64,000 nt of DNA, taken from assembly GCA_964035545.1 (NCBI GenBank), contig OZ037766.1:6810722-6874721 (forward strand). Direction: 5' to 3'. Every line of letters starts with the position of its first letter. Positions within the stretch are counted from its first letter, which is position 1. The stretch comes from Bugula neritina (lineage: Eukaryota; Animalia; Bryozoa). The notes under the pieces are model-generated. The model was not told the origin of the DNA. It ran no database searches and saw only the letters and a program-made list of their open reading frames with translations. A program made the position numbers and the translations under genes. This document shows, piece by piece, positions 38,751 through 53,188 of the stretch.

Positions 38751-41700
38751 TCATATATGCAACCTCATAGTTTCGGTAAGAGTCTGCTCAGCAGGGCAGT
38801 ATGGACATTTGAGTCTGCAATTTCATGAGATAAAATGTATTAAATCAATGGCAGTGAATAATATTGATATAAAATCTTGTTTCTCAAATAAGTTGACTAA
38901 TAAAGAATTCACAATTTAGCTAGAGGTGCTTGCACAAACTTTTTACTTCACAAAAATTAGAATTTAATTTTTAAAAAAATATTGTAAGTGCGGTACTGTG
39001 CTTTAAACTTTCAACCATAAGAGCTACAATAATTCTAGCATTTGGAGCTAATGTTAAAATCATTGAGCTCCACTGAAAGTATTAATGCTTAACATTTCTT
39101 TGTACAAAAGCATAACATTTTGTTGACTAACTTCGGTCCATGAAATAATTGATTGAGTGCATCTTTGGAAATAACATGACCACATGTCAGCTTCATAGGC
39201 GGGTTGTTATCATTTGCATGCCTTCGAAGTATGGGACAAGCAAAGACTGAATGAAATCTTGCTGCATGACCCAGTTCAACAGCGATCTGTAAAAAAATTA
39301 AATATATTATACGTACTGTATAAAATCGTTTCACTATAAGACACTACAGTACTGCTTGCCATTTAGTCGGAATGTCCTATAAATTTAGGAAACAGTACGT
39401 ACATAATATGCTTGTAAATTTTAGGCTAAAAACTATTTATTTCACGAACTACTAGTAATATACTAATGTCAAAATAAAACTGAATACAATGCCCCTTCCA
39501 TATCTCACGGTTCCATTTCTCACAAAATTCCATAGGTACGAGAAAGGTTTGGACTCCGTTTAGTGGCTTATATATGTGTGTATAGGAACAAAATGGCGGG
39601 ATTTAACAGATCCGTGAGCTAAATCTGGTATTGCACTTTGTCACAAGTTGAGGTGTTGGGACCCGCAGATCAGTGAGATATGTAGGGAGCTCTGTGGTAT
39701 AATAAACACTCACAGGAAGTTCTTCCTTGGGAGTCCAGTCTAAGCTCAGCTGTTTCTGTGACATAACTTTAGTAATCTGTAGCAAAGGTCCTAAAGTCTG
39801 TGCACCTGCATTCACTGAAATAGCCAGGGGGCTCTCCAAGGGTAAACCGACAAGGGAGCAGGCATCCTAAATATTGAAAAAATATAAACAATTCACAAAA
39901 TTTTATTAGAATTTATGCTATACATCGGATCATAAAATATCAATTTTTATCCATTTGTGAATAGTCACGAGTTGGTGCCTTAAAATTTTACAGGCAAAAC
40001 ATCAGCATTAAATGTTCACAGATTATTGATACACACTAAAAAAAAGTTTACACAGTTGAAAAGTTAAAATATTGAAAGGACTTGAAATAATGTAGAGAAG
40101 ATAACTTTTTATAAAACTAATAATCATAATATTGTTACTGAATCGGAAGGTTGTGATAGTCTGAATACAATTGCATATTTACACTAAACAAAGTTGTAAG
40201 TGTTACCTTTTATAATGGAAGAATTTAAACATTACTCAATATATTTTGTACTTAGCAATTTTATTGAACTTCTAAAATAAATTTACATATTATTGTATGC
40301 CTGTCAAAAGTCTCTAGAAGATGGTGCTTTACCTTAGTAAATTGGTCTTCAAGCTTTTGCCATGAGTCATTAGATACAAAATGTGCATATGGAGAATTTT
40401 CTATGCCTTTGTGCTGATATATGAAGCAACACATGAGCTGCTGAATTTCTAAAAATAAATTAATGTGTTACGCAATGGTATAGTAGACTGAATGATGATG
40501 TTTTCAAATCACAGTAAAGAAAATTAATGACCATTGCTAGGTTATAGGACTACAGCATCATATTTTAACCTCATTAGCATGCCACTAAGGGCATCTTATC
40601 ACATGTAGAATCAAGTGCAGTACATTCACAACAAATATGTTTGTCACACCAAGATGGAACAGTAAAGTATTTCACCTCATGTTTGGCAAGATAGTAATAA
40701 ATAAATTATTATCTAACTTATTTTAGCCACCTATTAGTTTTTGTTGAAAATCTCATAAAAGGTCTGCATGCTAATAAACAACCCTAGAACTCCATTTTGA
40801 TTTCAAAAACATACTACAAGATCAATAGCACCAACCTTTAGAAAACTTCTCTGAAAAAATTTGAAAGACTTTGGAATAGTTGAGTGCATCATTTCGGCTC
40901 TGTGCAGTGGGTCTATCGGAGAACAGTAACAGCAAAAAGTTCATTTTGTGAAGATTGAATTCTAATGCACTGCCCTGTTTTTCCAGTGCTTCGTGATTTC
41001 GTTCTGCCCAACTGCAAAAACATGTTAAAGCTAAGAAGTTATGACACGACAGATCTGGAGTATGAAATAGCTACAGCAATGCCGTCTCATACAAGAAACA
41101 CAAGGCAATGCAAACCTATTAAATCAAATAGTGAAGAAAACAAAACACTGTATCATATTGAGAATGATATCGATAAGAATGCAGCATTTGATATCAATTT
41201 TTTTCTTAAAAAAAGGTCTGTATTTACTTGATATTTAATAAATTATAAATTATGCAGAAAAACACAGTAGTAGTTCCAATAAACTTTTAGCTCTGAATAT
41301 TCTAAGTCAATGAAGTTTTGAAAAGTGATTGTAGCATGGAGAACAAACATCTAAAGAAACTACGAGGAGTTGTAACAAAACCTGAGCTCTGTAGCCAACT
41401 GCTAATGATAGAATATCAAGAGGCACTGGCGACATAATGATATTATACACAAAAGAGAAAAGCTGGGGCACACCTCAAAGCTGGAGCTAATCTTCGTTCT
41501 TGTAAACCTTGTATGATTTCATGCATCTCAATAAATGGCTGCTTCATCTCTTCTGTAAACTCCAATTTCCCCTCCTAGAAAATTTCCAAACAATACAATT
41601 ACACTACCCCAGCATTATTTATTTGTGGTTACACAAAATTTTTTGTATACTATATAAAGCAGGGAAGTTCAAGTCAAGAGCTGAAGGAAGTGAAATAAAA

Positions 41701-43400
41701 AAACTTCATGGGTTTATAGTCGCCATCCTTGTTAAAACCTTTTTTAAGCGAGCTAAAGATCTTTTCTCCATTGTGGCAAATGAGCATTTATGACTGAATG
41801 CCATTTCTAACATCATCAATGGTCTTTACTAAAATTTTAACCACTAGACCATGATTGCCCGAGTTGAAAAATGTGAAATACTTCAACAGGATCATTACAT
41901 AACCACATCTTATAGTTGCATTAATCAGATAATCCCAGCATATCTTCATCACAATTCACACTGCATACTATGTGACTAAAATACAGGAAATGGCTCACCC
42001 TAATCAAAGCCTCGGCCACCGGGAGACGACCTTGTCGAAGGAAGTGATTGCATATGACTTCATTAAGTGTGTTGATTTCTTGTGCAGTCTCAAAACTTTT
42101 TGGAACTGGAGTGAAGTCTGAGACAAAGTTCTAAAGTTAAATAGATATTGAAATCTACAATGGCTCAAGTCGGAAATTTAATTTAATTTAAAGAACAGCA
42201 GAGAAGTAAAAAATATGTGGACATGAAATAAATTTAAATATTTAAATCCAAAAATCACACTAGTCAATGATTAACTTGGTGTTCAATGTTTCCACAATAA
42301 TACTGAGACAAGAGGAATAAACTCTTCGCCCATTAGAAAAACAAACCAATTTGAAATGAAGATATTATATAAATGTAATGGTAACCATTATTCTTTTACT
42401 ATTTATTTATTATATGCATGTATATGATGCTTAAAGTTTTAATGACATGTGCTCAGCCTTAACAAAGGTGCATAATTATAGTTACAACTTAAAATGCAGT
42501 TATAATTTATAACAAGAGTGAAATTTATAACACTTGACTTGTAGGATAGTGGAAATTAATGGCAGACAATCTTGACATCAAATATTTTTCTAAACATAAA
42601 AAAATAATTGCAAAGCAAAACAGGTTTTTATATGCATTGTGTAAACCTAAAAATAGTTAGTTACCTTATCGATCACTTTACCAACTTTAGACACAGAACC
42701 ATGTACTCCCTTATGCTGACTTGAAATACCAGAAGTTAAATCTTTAACCTTTCGAAGGCTTTCTAATATCACAGACTTTTGACCATCTGTTAACACTTGT
42801 TCAGTACCACCACTCTCTAAAGTACATGAAAACATGTCATTTAAGATTTCAATCTCAAGCAAACAGTTAACAGTATTTAATTTTCAATCAACTTTATATA
42901 ACTTGTAGAGAACACATATTCAAGTGCTTCAACATAAGAATCAATTAATTTGCTATAGAAACCATTGTAATAGACTTGGAACTTCAAAGTAAAATCAGCA
43001 ATGTTATGTAGTTAATCTCAAAACCAAACAACTGCTTTATATAACATCGAAATTTTATTATCACATATAACTAGTAGAGCGATAAGGACAGAATTTATTT
43101 CATCTGTGAGTGAAAATCATCACTTAAACACGCATTTTTACATCAAACATATGTTAAAAACTAAAAGCAAGGCCTAACGTATAAGCACTAAACAATTATA
43201 TATGATTATTGATACACTCTGATACGCTTACCTGCTTCTAGCAATTGATGTTTTAAATCTTCCTGAAGTTTTTCTACTAAACTTATAGCACTTTCCAAAG
43301 ACTTTTGACTGTGATCATTCACATTGCTAAACTTAGAAAGCACTTTATTTATCTCTTCCTCAACTGCTGCACAACTTTCTCTGTCTCCACCAGCAAGCAT
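38751..43400 (-). CDS. RMND5: E3 ubiquitin ligase RMND5 (GID2), CTLH complex subunit
   Basis: Approximate exons: 43232-43400 ([17 protein letters not shown]), 42665-42817 ([17 protein letters not shown]), 41999-42131 (LisH: [19 protein letters not shown]), 41474-41574 (CTLH), 40836-41025 ([10 protein letters not shown]), 40332-40449 (SPYAH), 39712-39866 ([11 protein letters not shown]...EELP), 39132-39286 ([11 protein letters not shown]...[17 protein letters not shown]), 38751-38814 (LKCPYCP...*). Confidence 0.94.
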
Positions 43401-44664
43401 AATTGCACTGCGTAACATATAACTTGCAGACAATTTATATGTCAAAACAATTTATTTACATAACTTATTTGAGATTACTTATACATGCAAGTCAATGACA
43501 CAACATTTAAAAAACAACAGCAACAAATTTGTAGTTTAGAATTACATTAAGTTTCTTGTGTTAAATTTAGTTTATAAAATAATTATCCATATTACTATTT
43601 TTTCCTATCAAATTTTTTATCAGGTCAATTTGGGGTCTTTATTCATATTTTATAACTTTATTTATAGTGTATTTGATTCAACTTTCAAATTTGATTCTAC
43701 TAACTTATGTCAGCTGTCAAAACTGAACCGGTTATTATCTATGCTGATATATTCATCTTACAATAATAAGAATCATACTAATAGTAATTATACTGAGTTT
43801 GACAGCCAAACTTTTACACTCATGGCATAATAAGTTTCTAATGCTTTTAAAACTGAGTCGGTGTAACAGCAACAGTTGGAGTAATTCATTTATAACTTCA
43901 ACTGTAACACTAGTGCAACATTAATAATAATTGAACCACCTAATAAAAGTATAACTAAGTCCTTGCTTTACATTTACTGCTCACCATGACTTTTACATGT
44001 AAAGAAATAATCGTAACAAGACTGGTGATGATAATAAACATAATACCGATGAGTCATAAGAACATCGATCTAAAACATGAGCGCACAACTACAAACATTG
44101 TATTCATTAGAATTAAAGCTTGACTATGATCACCATAAAACTACAATTATGATTTATAATTGTATTACCACTACTTATTAGTATAACTCTATAACTATAA
44201 GTATAGGTACTATAAGATTAAGTACTACTATTAGTGATGATCATAATGATGATAATCAATAATGATTATCATTATCAATATTATCATTACGGTTACCATT
44301 GTGATATTGTTTATCAATTAATGTATCATTAGATTTAATGATACATTAAATAACATTTAATCATTACTTCTGGGTCTTGCAGCTACAGCTTTTGATACTC
44401 TTAGTCCTTGTCTTACCTGATAGCATTAGCTGATAGTGATACTGATAGTGAGACTTATATAATCATAATGGTTAGATAATTACAACTACAAGGATGATCA
44501 TTATTGATTATAATTATCATTCTCACTGACAATATCAGTATCAGTATGATTATGATTTACTTTTAGATTATGATATATACATTATATTCATTATGATTAA
44601 TATTAATCATTAATTTAATGTCATTTATTCATTATGATTATGATAACTTCAACTTGAAGTTGAA

Positions 44665-44840
44665 CTAATACTAATACTGTAATAGTAATAGTGACTAATA
44701 CTAATAGTGATAGTAATACTAATACTAATAGTAATAGTAATACTAATAGTAATAGTAATACTAATACTAATAGTAATACTAATACTAATAGTAATAGTAA
44801 ATGTAATAGTAATAGTAATACTAATAGTAATACTAATAAT
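44665..44840. repeat. (TAATAG/TAATAC)n hexamer microsatellite
   Basis: Directly visible. It generates the spurious ITIS/NSNT ORFs. Confidence 0.9.
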
Positions 44841-45307
44841 AACCATAAATTGTTGAATACTTATGGCTATATTTGACTGAATGTAGTAATTCAAAACAAG
44901 TATAATAACTTATAATTGTCGTTATTAATACTTGAATTTTATAATAATTGTCACCTTTGGCTTTGATGGTTTCAGTTTACTTTTAGTTTTATCACCTCTG
45001 TGACTCAGACTGCAAGTATTGTATACTACAAATCCGAGAGCATACTTTACTAAAAATAGCTTTGGTGGACTCGGCATACTTGTCAACAAAAGAAAACAAA
45101 GAACAGTTTTTAAAAGTGGCCGAGAAGACAACTCATAATATTTACTTCAGCATTAATTTATAATTCTCATTTGCCTGCAAAAACACAGACAGCGAAGCTG
45201 CAGAACTGTGATAATAAATAATAATATAATATGTGAATTATAATTATCACATGGTTATGTGATATATGTGTGAAACTAAACTATATACCAGGTAGCATGA
45301 TGTAGAG

Positions 45308-45542
45308 TAGGGGTGGGCAACTGGGGGCCCCATGGCCACCTGTAGCCCTTTGCCCATTCTCAGTGGCCCTTTTAATGCTTAAAATAGGTGAAAACTTTTA
45401 TATCAATTCTGATTAGCGTACAGCATAGGTTTGGTGACAAATTACTTTAATATAATAAAATTTAATGTCTACAATCATGTGGCCCTTTATTTTGGCTGAC
45501 TTCTGAGCTTGGACCTCATCCAAAAGAAGTTGCCCACCCCTG
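45308..45542. mobile_element. hAT-superfamily MITE (235 bp)
   Basis: TIRs TAGGGGTGGGCAACT ... AGTTGCCCACCCCTG and an exact 8-bp TSD, ATGTAGAG, at 45300-45307 and 45543-45550. An 8-bp TSD with CAGGGG termini is characteristic of hAT (Charlie-like) elements. Confidence 0.92.
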
Positions 45543-46903
45543 ATGTAGAGTTTTAAGTATAAACAAATGGTGCATGAAGACATTCTTTGTTTTATAGTTT
45601 TTGTATTTCAGAGCTTGAAAGTTTGATTTTTTGAAGAGGCAACATACAAGTGCTTATACTGAATAATCATGCACAAAAACTATAATTCTCACTAAAGTTT
45701 AAAAACTACTCATATAATTGATGTTACAGAGCATCATGTGCAGAAAATTTATTTATTGAAACTAAAAAGCTATGTAATGATTTTATAACAATGCAGCATG
45801 CTACGCAAAAAGCAACAGTAGCAGTAATGGTATCAATTAGTTATGTAAGAGCTTTGCAGAAATAGTCACTGAGAGAATATAGATCCAGCAGCAGTAAAAG
45901 ACAGTTCATAGTATATAATATGTACTAGCTATTAGCAATGGAGAAAGCGTATAGCAATATAATATAAACAACACAAAGCAACAGATTTAGATTAGCAATG
46001 TTATGAGTACAGGGACTAATAATTACCAACTACCAAAAGTTATGGAAAGTAGGTTATAGGGAAGAGGATGGACATGAATAGTAAAGAAGCAGCAATATAT
46101 TGCAATGGTATAACTTGAATAATGGGTTTTTTAATTTGTTCTACATGATGCATGCATTTGACAAACAAAGGGATTTCAACGATTTTACTTCTTAATCTGC
46201 CTGGAAGCGGGAAGTCATAAAAAAATACAGCATTAAACCATATGCTTTTGTTTTTACTAAAGGTCAGATCACTTAATTAATTTATCATATATCAAGTCTA
46301 ATTTCAGTAGTCTCTCACGTTTATGCATTCTATATTCAGTCTTTCATCAATCAATCAATGTTAACATGATTTTAACATAAAGGGTTTTTTGCTGCTTACC
46401 AACTCACCAAAATTATATTTTCACTTGCACTACACTTTGAGTTTTTTAATGATCAGTGTAGTTAGCTAACAGTGTTGCATCTATTTATGCAGAAGTAACC
46501 TTTTTCTTTAAACAATTTAGTATCCAAATGGTCATTGTTGCTGAAGTATATTATTACTAAAGAGCAGTGAATGATACTGAACAGTTAAGGCACACACTGA
46601 ATCAAATCACCTCAGTGTTTCGACTTTTTGGTTAACGATAATGTTTATTACATTACATATAGGCAAATGTCAAATAACTTTCATTATACTACAATGCATA
46701 TATGTATGCTATAATTAAGTAAATATAGCATGCAGCAAGAGCCAATGCTACAGTCTATATAACGAAAACAAAGTTGTGCCAGTAAAAGTAAAATATCTCA
46801 AAACCATAGCAACTTAGTATTACAATAACTACCATCAAGATAAACAATACATAATAAACAATTGATAACCATGTTGTAAGTATTAATTAGAGAACATAAA
46901 TTG

Positions 46904-48224
<1,321 letters not shown>

Positions 48225-49308
48225 GGTGATACGTAGCCTCTAAAATTCAAATAGATGTTGAATTTAGCAGCATAATTCTATACAGGTTTTTAAACAAATT
48301 GTAATTAGCATAGATCAAGCTGCTAAAATACATGAGGTTTGAATGTAGTATTTTTCAGGACCAGATATTAACTAAAAATTATTTACATCTGTAACAGAAG
48401 ACAGATAATACCAGAGTTAAATCTAAGTCGCCTTGTTTTAGGAATTGACATTAAATTTAGCTTCACTGTATGCAAGTTTTTGAAACTAATCAACATTACG
48501 TTAGAGTTAGATATTGTAAATGTTGATTATTTTAAAAACTAAATTGCTACCATTGAACTATAACTCCCCTATAAGCTTTAGTTCATTGGTTGCTACCTGT
48601 TTCTTTTTTGTCAGATCAACCGCATATTACAACACAAAGTATTTATACTCACTTTCAGTTGATCATTCCAATTCAGGGTATTAGTTGAACACTTGCCAAA
48701 AATAAAGAAACAAACACCTGCTATAAAGCTAGGAGCACACTGATGATCAGTTTATAAAGTAATGTGATGAAATGTTCCAAGCACCATGTGGAATGAATTA
48801 CCTTACTAAAATCAATATGCCCTGATAATAATATGCAGCTCCTTCGGTACTATCACTTGCATGTAACATGATTAAATTTTAAAATATAAACAAAAGCACC
48901 GACAAATCATTGTAGATGGTTTATAAAACAAAATCAATATTTTTCCTGCTAAAGATAAATTTCAACTCCATGAACTAAACTAGCTCTCTTAGTTTAGCTG
49001 CTAAAGAATCCCTATAAGATTTCTCAGTCAAGTAATATCCAGAGTTGAATAGCTAATATTTCTTTTGATCTGCACTTGAAGTCAAATAAGACAAATATTT
49101 ATGCTATAATTGCCTAATAAATCCTTGTTGCAATTTTGCCATTAAAACAAATATATCTTCTAGTTTATATACTTTCTTGATAGCCGCATAGAGTTATCCT
49201 ACCTTTAGTTATTGATTGATTGCAGTAAAGAAAGTACTCTATAGATATTTTGGTGCTACAATTTTCTATTTTTTATCTTTTGCTGCTGCTAAAATAATCT
49301 TTAACATT

Positions 49309-49797
49309 AATTACCTCTCTGATTACCTCTGATGAGGTAGAACGCTTTTGACCATCATATGACGTTAGTAGAGCGCCTTATGTGTGTGACAGTGAGTGTT
49401 CCGTTTTTTTTTAGTGCTTCCGCATTACCACTGATATTATTCAATTTAGATAGTGATATTTAAAAAGAAAATTGATAGGTAAGCTAGGTAAATCCTCTCA
49501 TGTCGCGTATCGTTCTTGGTAAGAAACTTTGGTGGTAACAGCTAGAGTGAGAAGAAATGGAGTTGGGTAAACCTTGGGTTGCTGATCTCGTAGTTACGGA
49601 CATGAGAGAGCGATTTTCCACAACCTCATCATAGTCTGATGAAAGTGTACTGTGCGTGGCTTCAGACTGTAGAATACGTGTCAATAGTGTGAGCCTATGA
49701 TTTTTACACCTCGTTTGCAATGGTAGTAGACCCAGTTCGCATCGAGCGTCACTAACACTCTCTCGCCCCTTGAGACCTGATATGAACCTCATAGCTA
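49309..49797 (-). mobile_element. 5'-truncated CR1/L2-group LINE 3' end
   Basis: ORF 49484..49792 (RFISGLKGRESVSDARCELGLLPLQTRCKNHRLTLL...YHQSFLPRTIRD) resembles the ORF2 C-terminus (SFFPRTI-type motif). A short 3' UTR ending in AGAGGTAAT repeats follows. No TSD seen. Confidence 0.75.
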
Positions 49798-52700
49798 CAC
49801 TATGTTTTTTTTTAGTTTGCTTGGCATGTATTGCATTGATAAAAATAAATAAAGATAATAGAAAGATAACGCTAAGTTTAAATAAGAGTTATAGTATATC
49901 TAAATTGGAAGTTAATTCTGATTATGAAAGAAATTGAATTTTGCTCAACCAATTTCTCCCTGCAAATATTATAAACGGTATAATCTAATTTCTTATAAAT
50001 AAAGCTAGAAAAATTAAGCATTCCCAATTAATCCAGCACAAGAAATTTCTTAATGCTCATAAACCTCTGTCTGACAAAACTTATGCCTTGCATCTGGTTC
50101 TTTTTTAAGCAAACTTCTCTATATGCATTCAGGTGCGTCTATGGTGATGGATCTTCTTGCACCTGTGCACTCTCCGCTAGGTAAACGGCTAGTTTTTCTA
50201 TTTATATATAACAGAGTTAAAGCTGTGTTTCAATGTTATAACTATATTTAATTATACAACAGGCATTACAGCTACATTTGTTATACATATATAGGCTATA
50301 AATTAATACATAACTTTTTAACTTTGTTAATTTGGGCAAAACTTTTCAAATAACATGTAGACAAAATACGCCTAGTATATTTTTTCAAGTATAAAAACAT
50401 AAAGTATTGTTAATTTAAACTTTAAAGATAGTAGTTGTGGCCAAAACCTAAACCATGAATAAATCTTTTAGCCCAAAAGCCTTAAACTAAGTTCTATTTC
50501 TTTTCGAAAAGTATTTACGCCTGCACAATTATTATAGTTCCTATAGTTATAGCGTAATCACATAATTCATCTTCAGTTTCAAAACTATAGTTAGGAATTC
50601 TGTACAAGCTGCAAAGTTGAAGTTTCTTAGCTGTAAAACTTCCTATTGTACTCTGAGTTAATGCTGCTTTGTTACAGAACCTATAATTGCCTGAGTTTAT
50701 AGTTGAATGGTTACAGCTTACTCAGGTAAGACACTTTGGTGTAGCATCTGGCTTGAATGCCCAAGCCTGAATTAGAATCTCTAGATGAATAGATTGCCCC
50801 AGTTCAAAGATAGTGATAGAGGGTAAAGAGTACATGAAACAAAGTGAATTCTCCAAATACCCTTTACCGGTTAAACTATAATTATGCTAAACTTTTGTGG
50901 GCTAGGAACAATGTTGTTTTGAAACTGTGAGTAATTAAGTTCCTTATTTAGAAAGCTAGCTATATAATCTACAGCAAATCTAACATTTATAATATTACCA
51001 AGTGAAAACTAGAAATACTTTGAAGTAAATTGTGGGTAACAGACTAATACATTTGTGTAATAAAATAACCTATAAAGTACTGATTCATTTTTTTCTTATA
51101 GGTGATAAAGAACCAGTTAAGATGTGAGCTAGTTACAGCTATATTCTGTAAATATTATATAAATACAGCAGAAGAGCATAGCCCACCAATGGTTATAATA
51201 CATAAAACAGTGCAGTCTGCCCGGTGGTATAAATTATATGCCCTTTAACCTTTGAGCTGCCCTGGCTAGAACATAACTATTTACACAATAAATTTAATTT
51301 TTTTATCAATGTAATCACATTTTTAACATTGTTTGAGAGGAAATAGCTGTTTGACTATCAGTGTGACATAATAACCCCTGTAATAAAGGGAAGGAGGGGA
51401 TGTAGACAGTCGCAATATTTATATTTTATTAGATGTTGAGTGCAGTTATGTGATTGGTTAAAACTGGTTCAGCATGTGCAGCAAATTTCTTTGTTCTAGC
51501 TGTAAATAATAGTAATAATAATGGTGGTTATTATGTTCACATAATCCTTAACACCTTCAACTCACAAATTGCTTTTGACATCTTACGTAACTAATTGTCT
51601 ATTGCTGTGAGAATTTTTCCAACGCTTATAAATGTTTGTAGCAAGAAACAGAGATCACATCAGCTTAGATTTTAGAGCTAAATAAGTGCAGAAAATATAG
51701 TATTTATGCTAGTTGTCTAAGAGGAACGCGCAAATTTAGGAAAAACAAGGTATGGAGTTGTTTACTTAAAAACAAGTTAAGATTCCCCCGAGTAACACTA
51801 ACAGCGATGCAGTTTCTTCACTTTTAAAAATAGATAGAAAATTGAAAGCCAACGTGATTATTAACTTTTTGTTGAGCTTGGAAGCATGTAAATAGAAACA
51901 TTAATAGTTCAATAATTGCTGTAAGTGTAACCGTGGCTGTAGAAGTGAAAAGGTATGAACATGTGTACGGGGTTTTTAATACTTAATATGCTTATCTATT
52001 AAAACTCTGTTACTGTTAGACTTTGTTCAGGTATCACTATCAGTATGACTATGAGTATGAGTATGCGCCACACTCACTGATAGTGATAGTGATACTCATA
52101 CTGATAGTGATACTGATACACTTAGACTTAGTCTTACACTTACACTGTAAGCAACCTATACGGGGCATGCCGTATCACTGTAAGTTACAGTGATACGGTA
52201 TGCCCCGTAGGCGTATAGGTTGCAATTGTGTGAATTATCAATTATTGATTAATGATCATATTGTCGTATTGATAATGATTTGATATTCATATTGATATTC
52301 AAGTTTCAATGATTTCAATGTCAATATCATATTAAATTCAATATGAATATGAATATCATAATAATAGATATTAGTTTGAAACCATAGTCCATAGTGATAG
52401 TCATACTGATACTGATACTCATAATCACTTTAGCCTTAGGTTTATCATATTCATAATGATGAAATTAGTAATACTAATAGTAATACTAATAGTATTATAA
52501 TTTTATATCCAGTATCATTGACTCAATCATTGAGTATGAGAATTATAATGGCAATCGTCACTCTCACAGCGATTCACTTAGATTGAGATTCCGCCTATCT
52601 CTCACTCACTTAAAATTCAAATTGACAGTTAGTAACTTAAGTTGAATGACCAACTATGAACTAAGATGTACTTCTCATTTTGTTTACAAAATTCAAATTG

Positions 52701-53188
52701 TAAAAAAGCATGAACATGACCATAATGATTATGATAATCCTCTAATTATCAATGTCTACTGATTATAAGAATAATGATTACCATAAAATCAAAGTAATAA
52801 TGGTGAAATTGTACAGGAATGGTAATGCACTGACTCAATATCAATAACACTGACAGTTATGACTTATAATAAGTCATAACTGTCAGTGTCACTGAGAGTG
52901 AGTTAGTGTGAGTCTATTGCATTTACTAAACAGCGAAAATCAACAATAAGATTGAAGCCAAAAGTGATGGTTAACTCATAAGTTTGAGTATAAGTAATAT
53001 ATTAATATTATTAATATATTTATAATGTCTATTACTACTTCTTAGTGTCTAGTAGACTCTTACAAGTACAAGTACTAGTAGAAAATAGACCAATACATAA
53101 AGGAAAAAGTTAGAAAGTATTTCATAGTAAAACGAAAGACCAAATAATATTGTTATAATTTTTGTAGACATATTTATATAAAAAGAAA

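Noticed and set aside
41650-41825. Possible intronic C/D snoRNA in RMND5 (TGATGA on the minus strand)
   Set aside because: No suitably placed D box or terminal stem could be identified.
44649-44894. ITIS and NSNT repeat ORFs
   Set aside because: By-products of the hexamer microsatellite.
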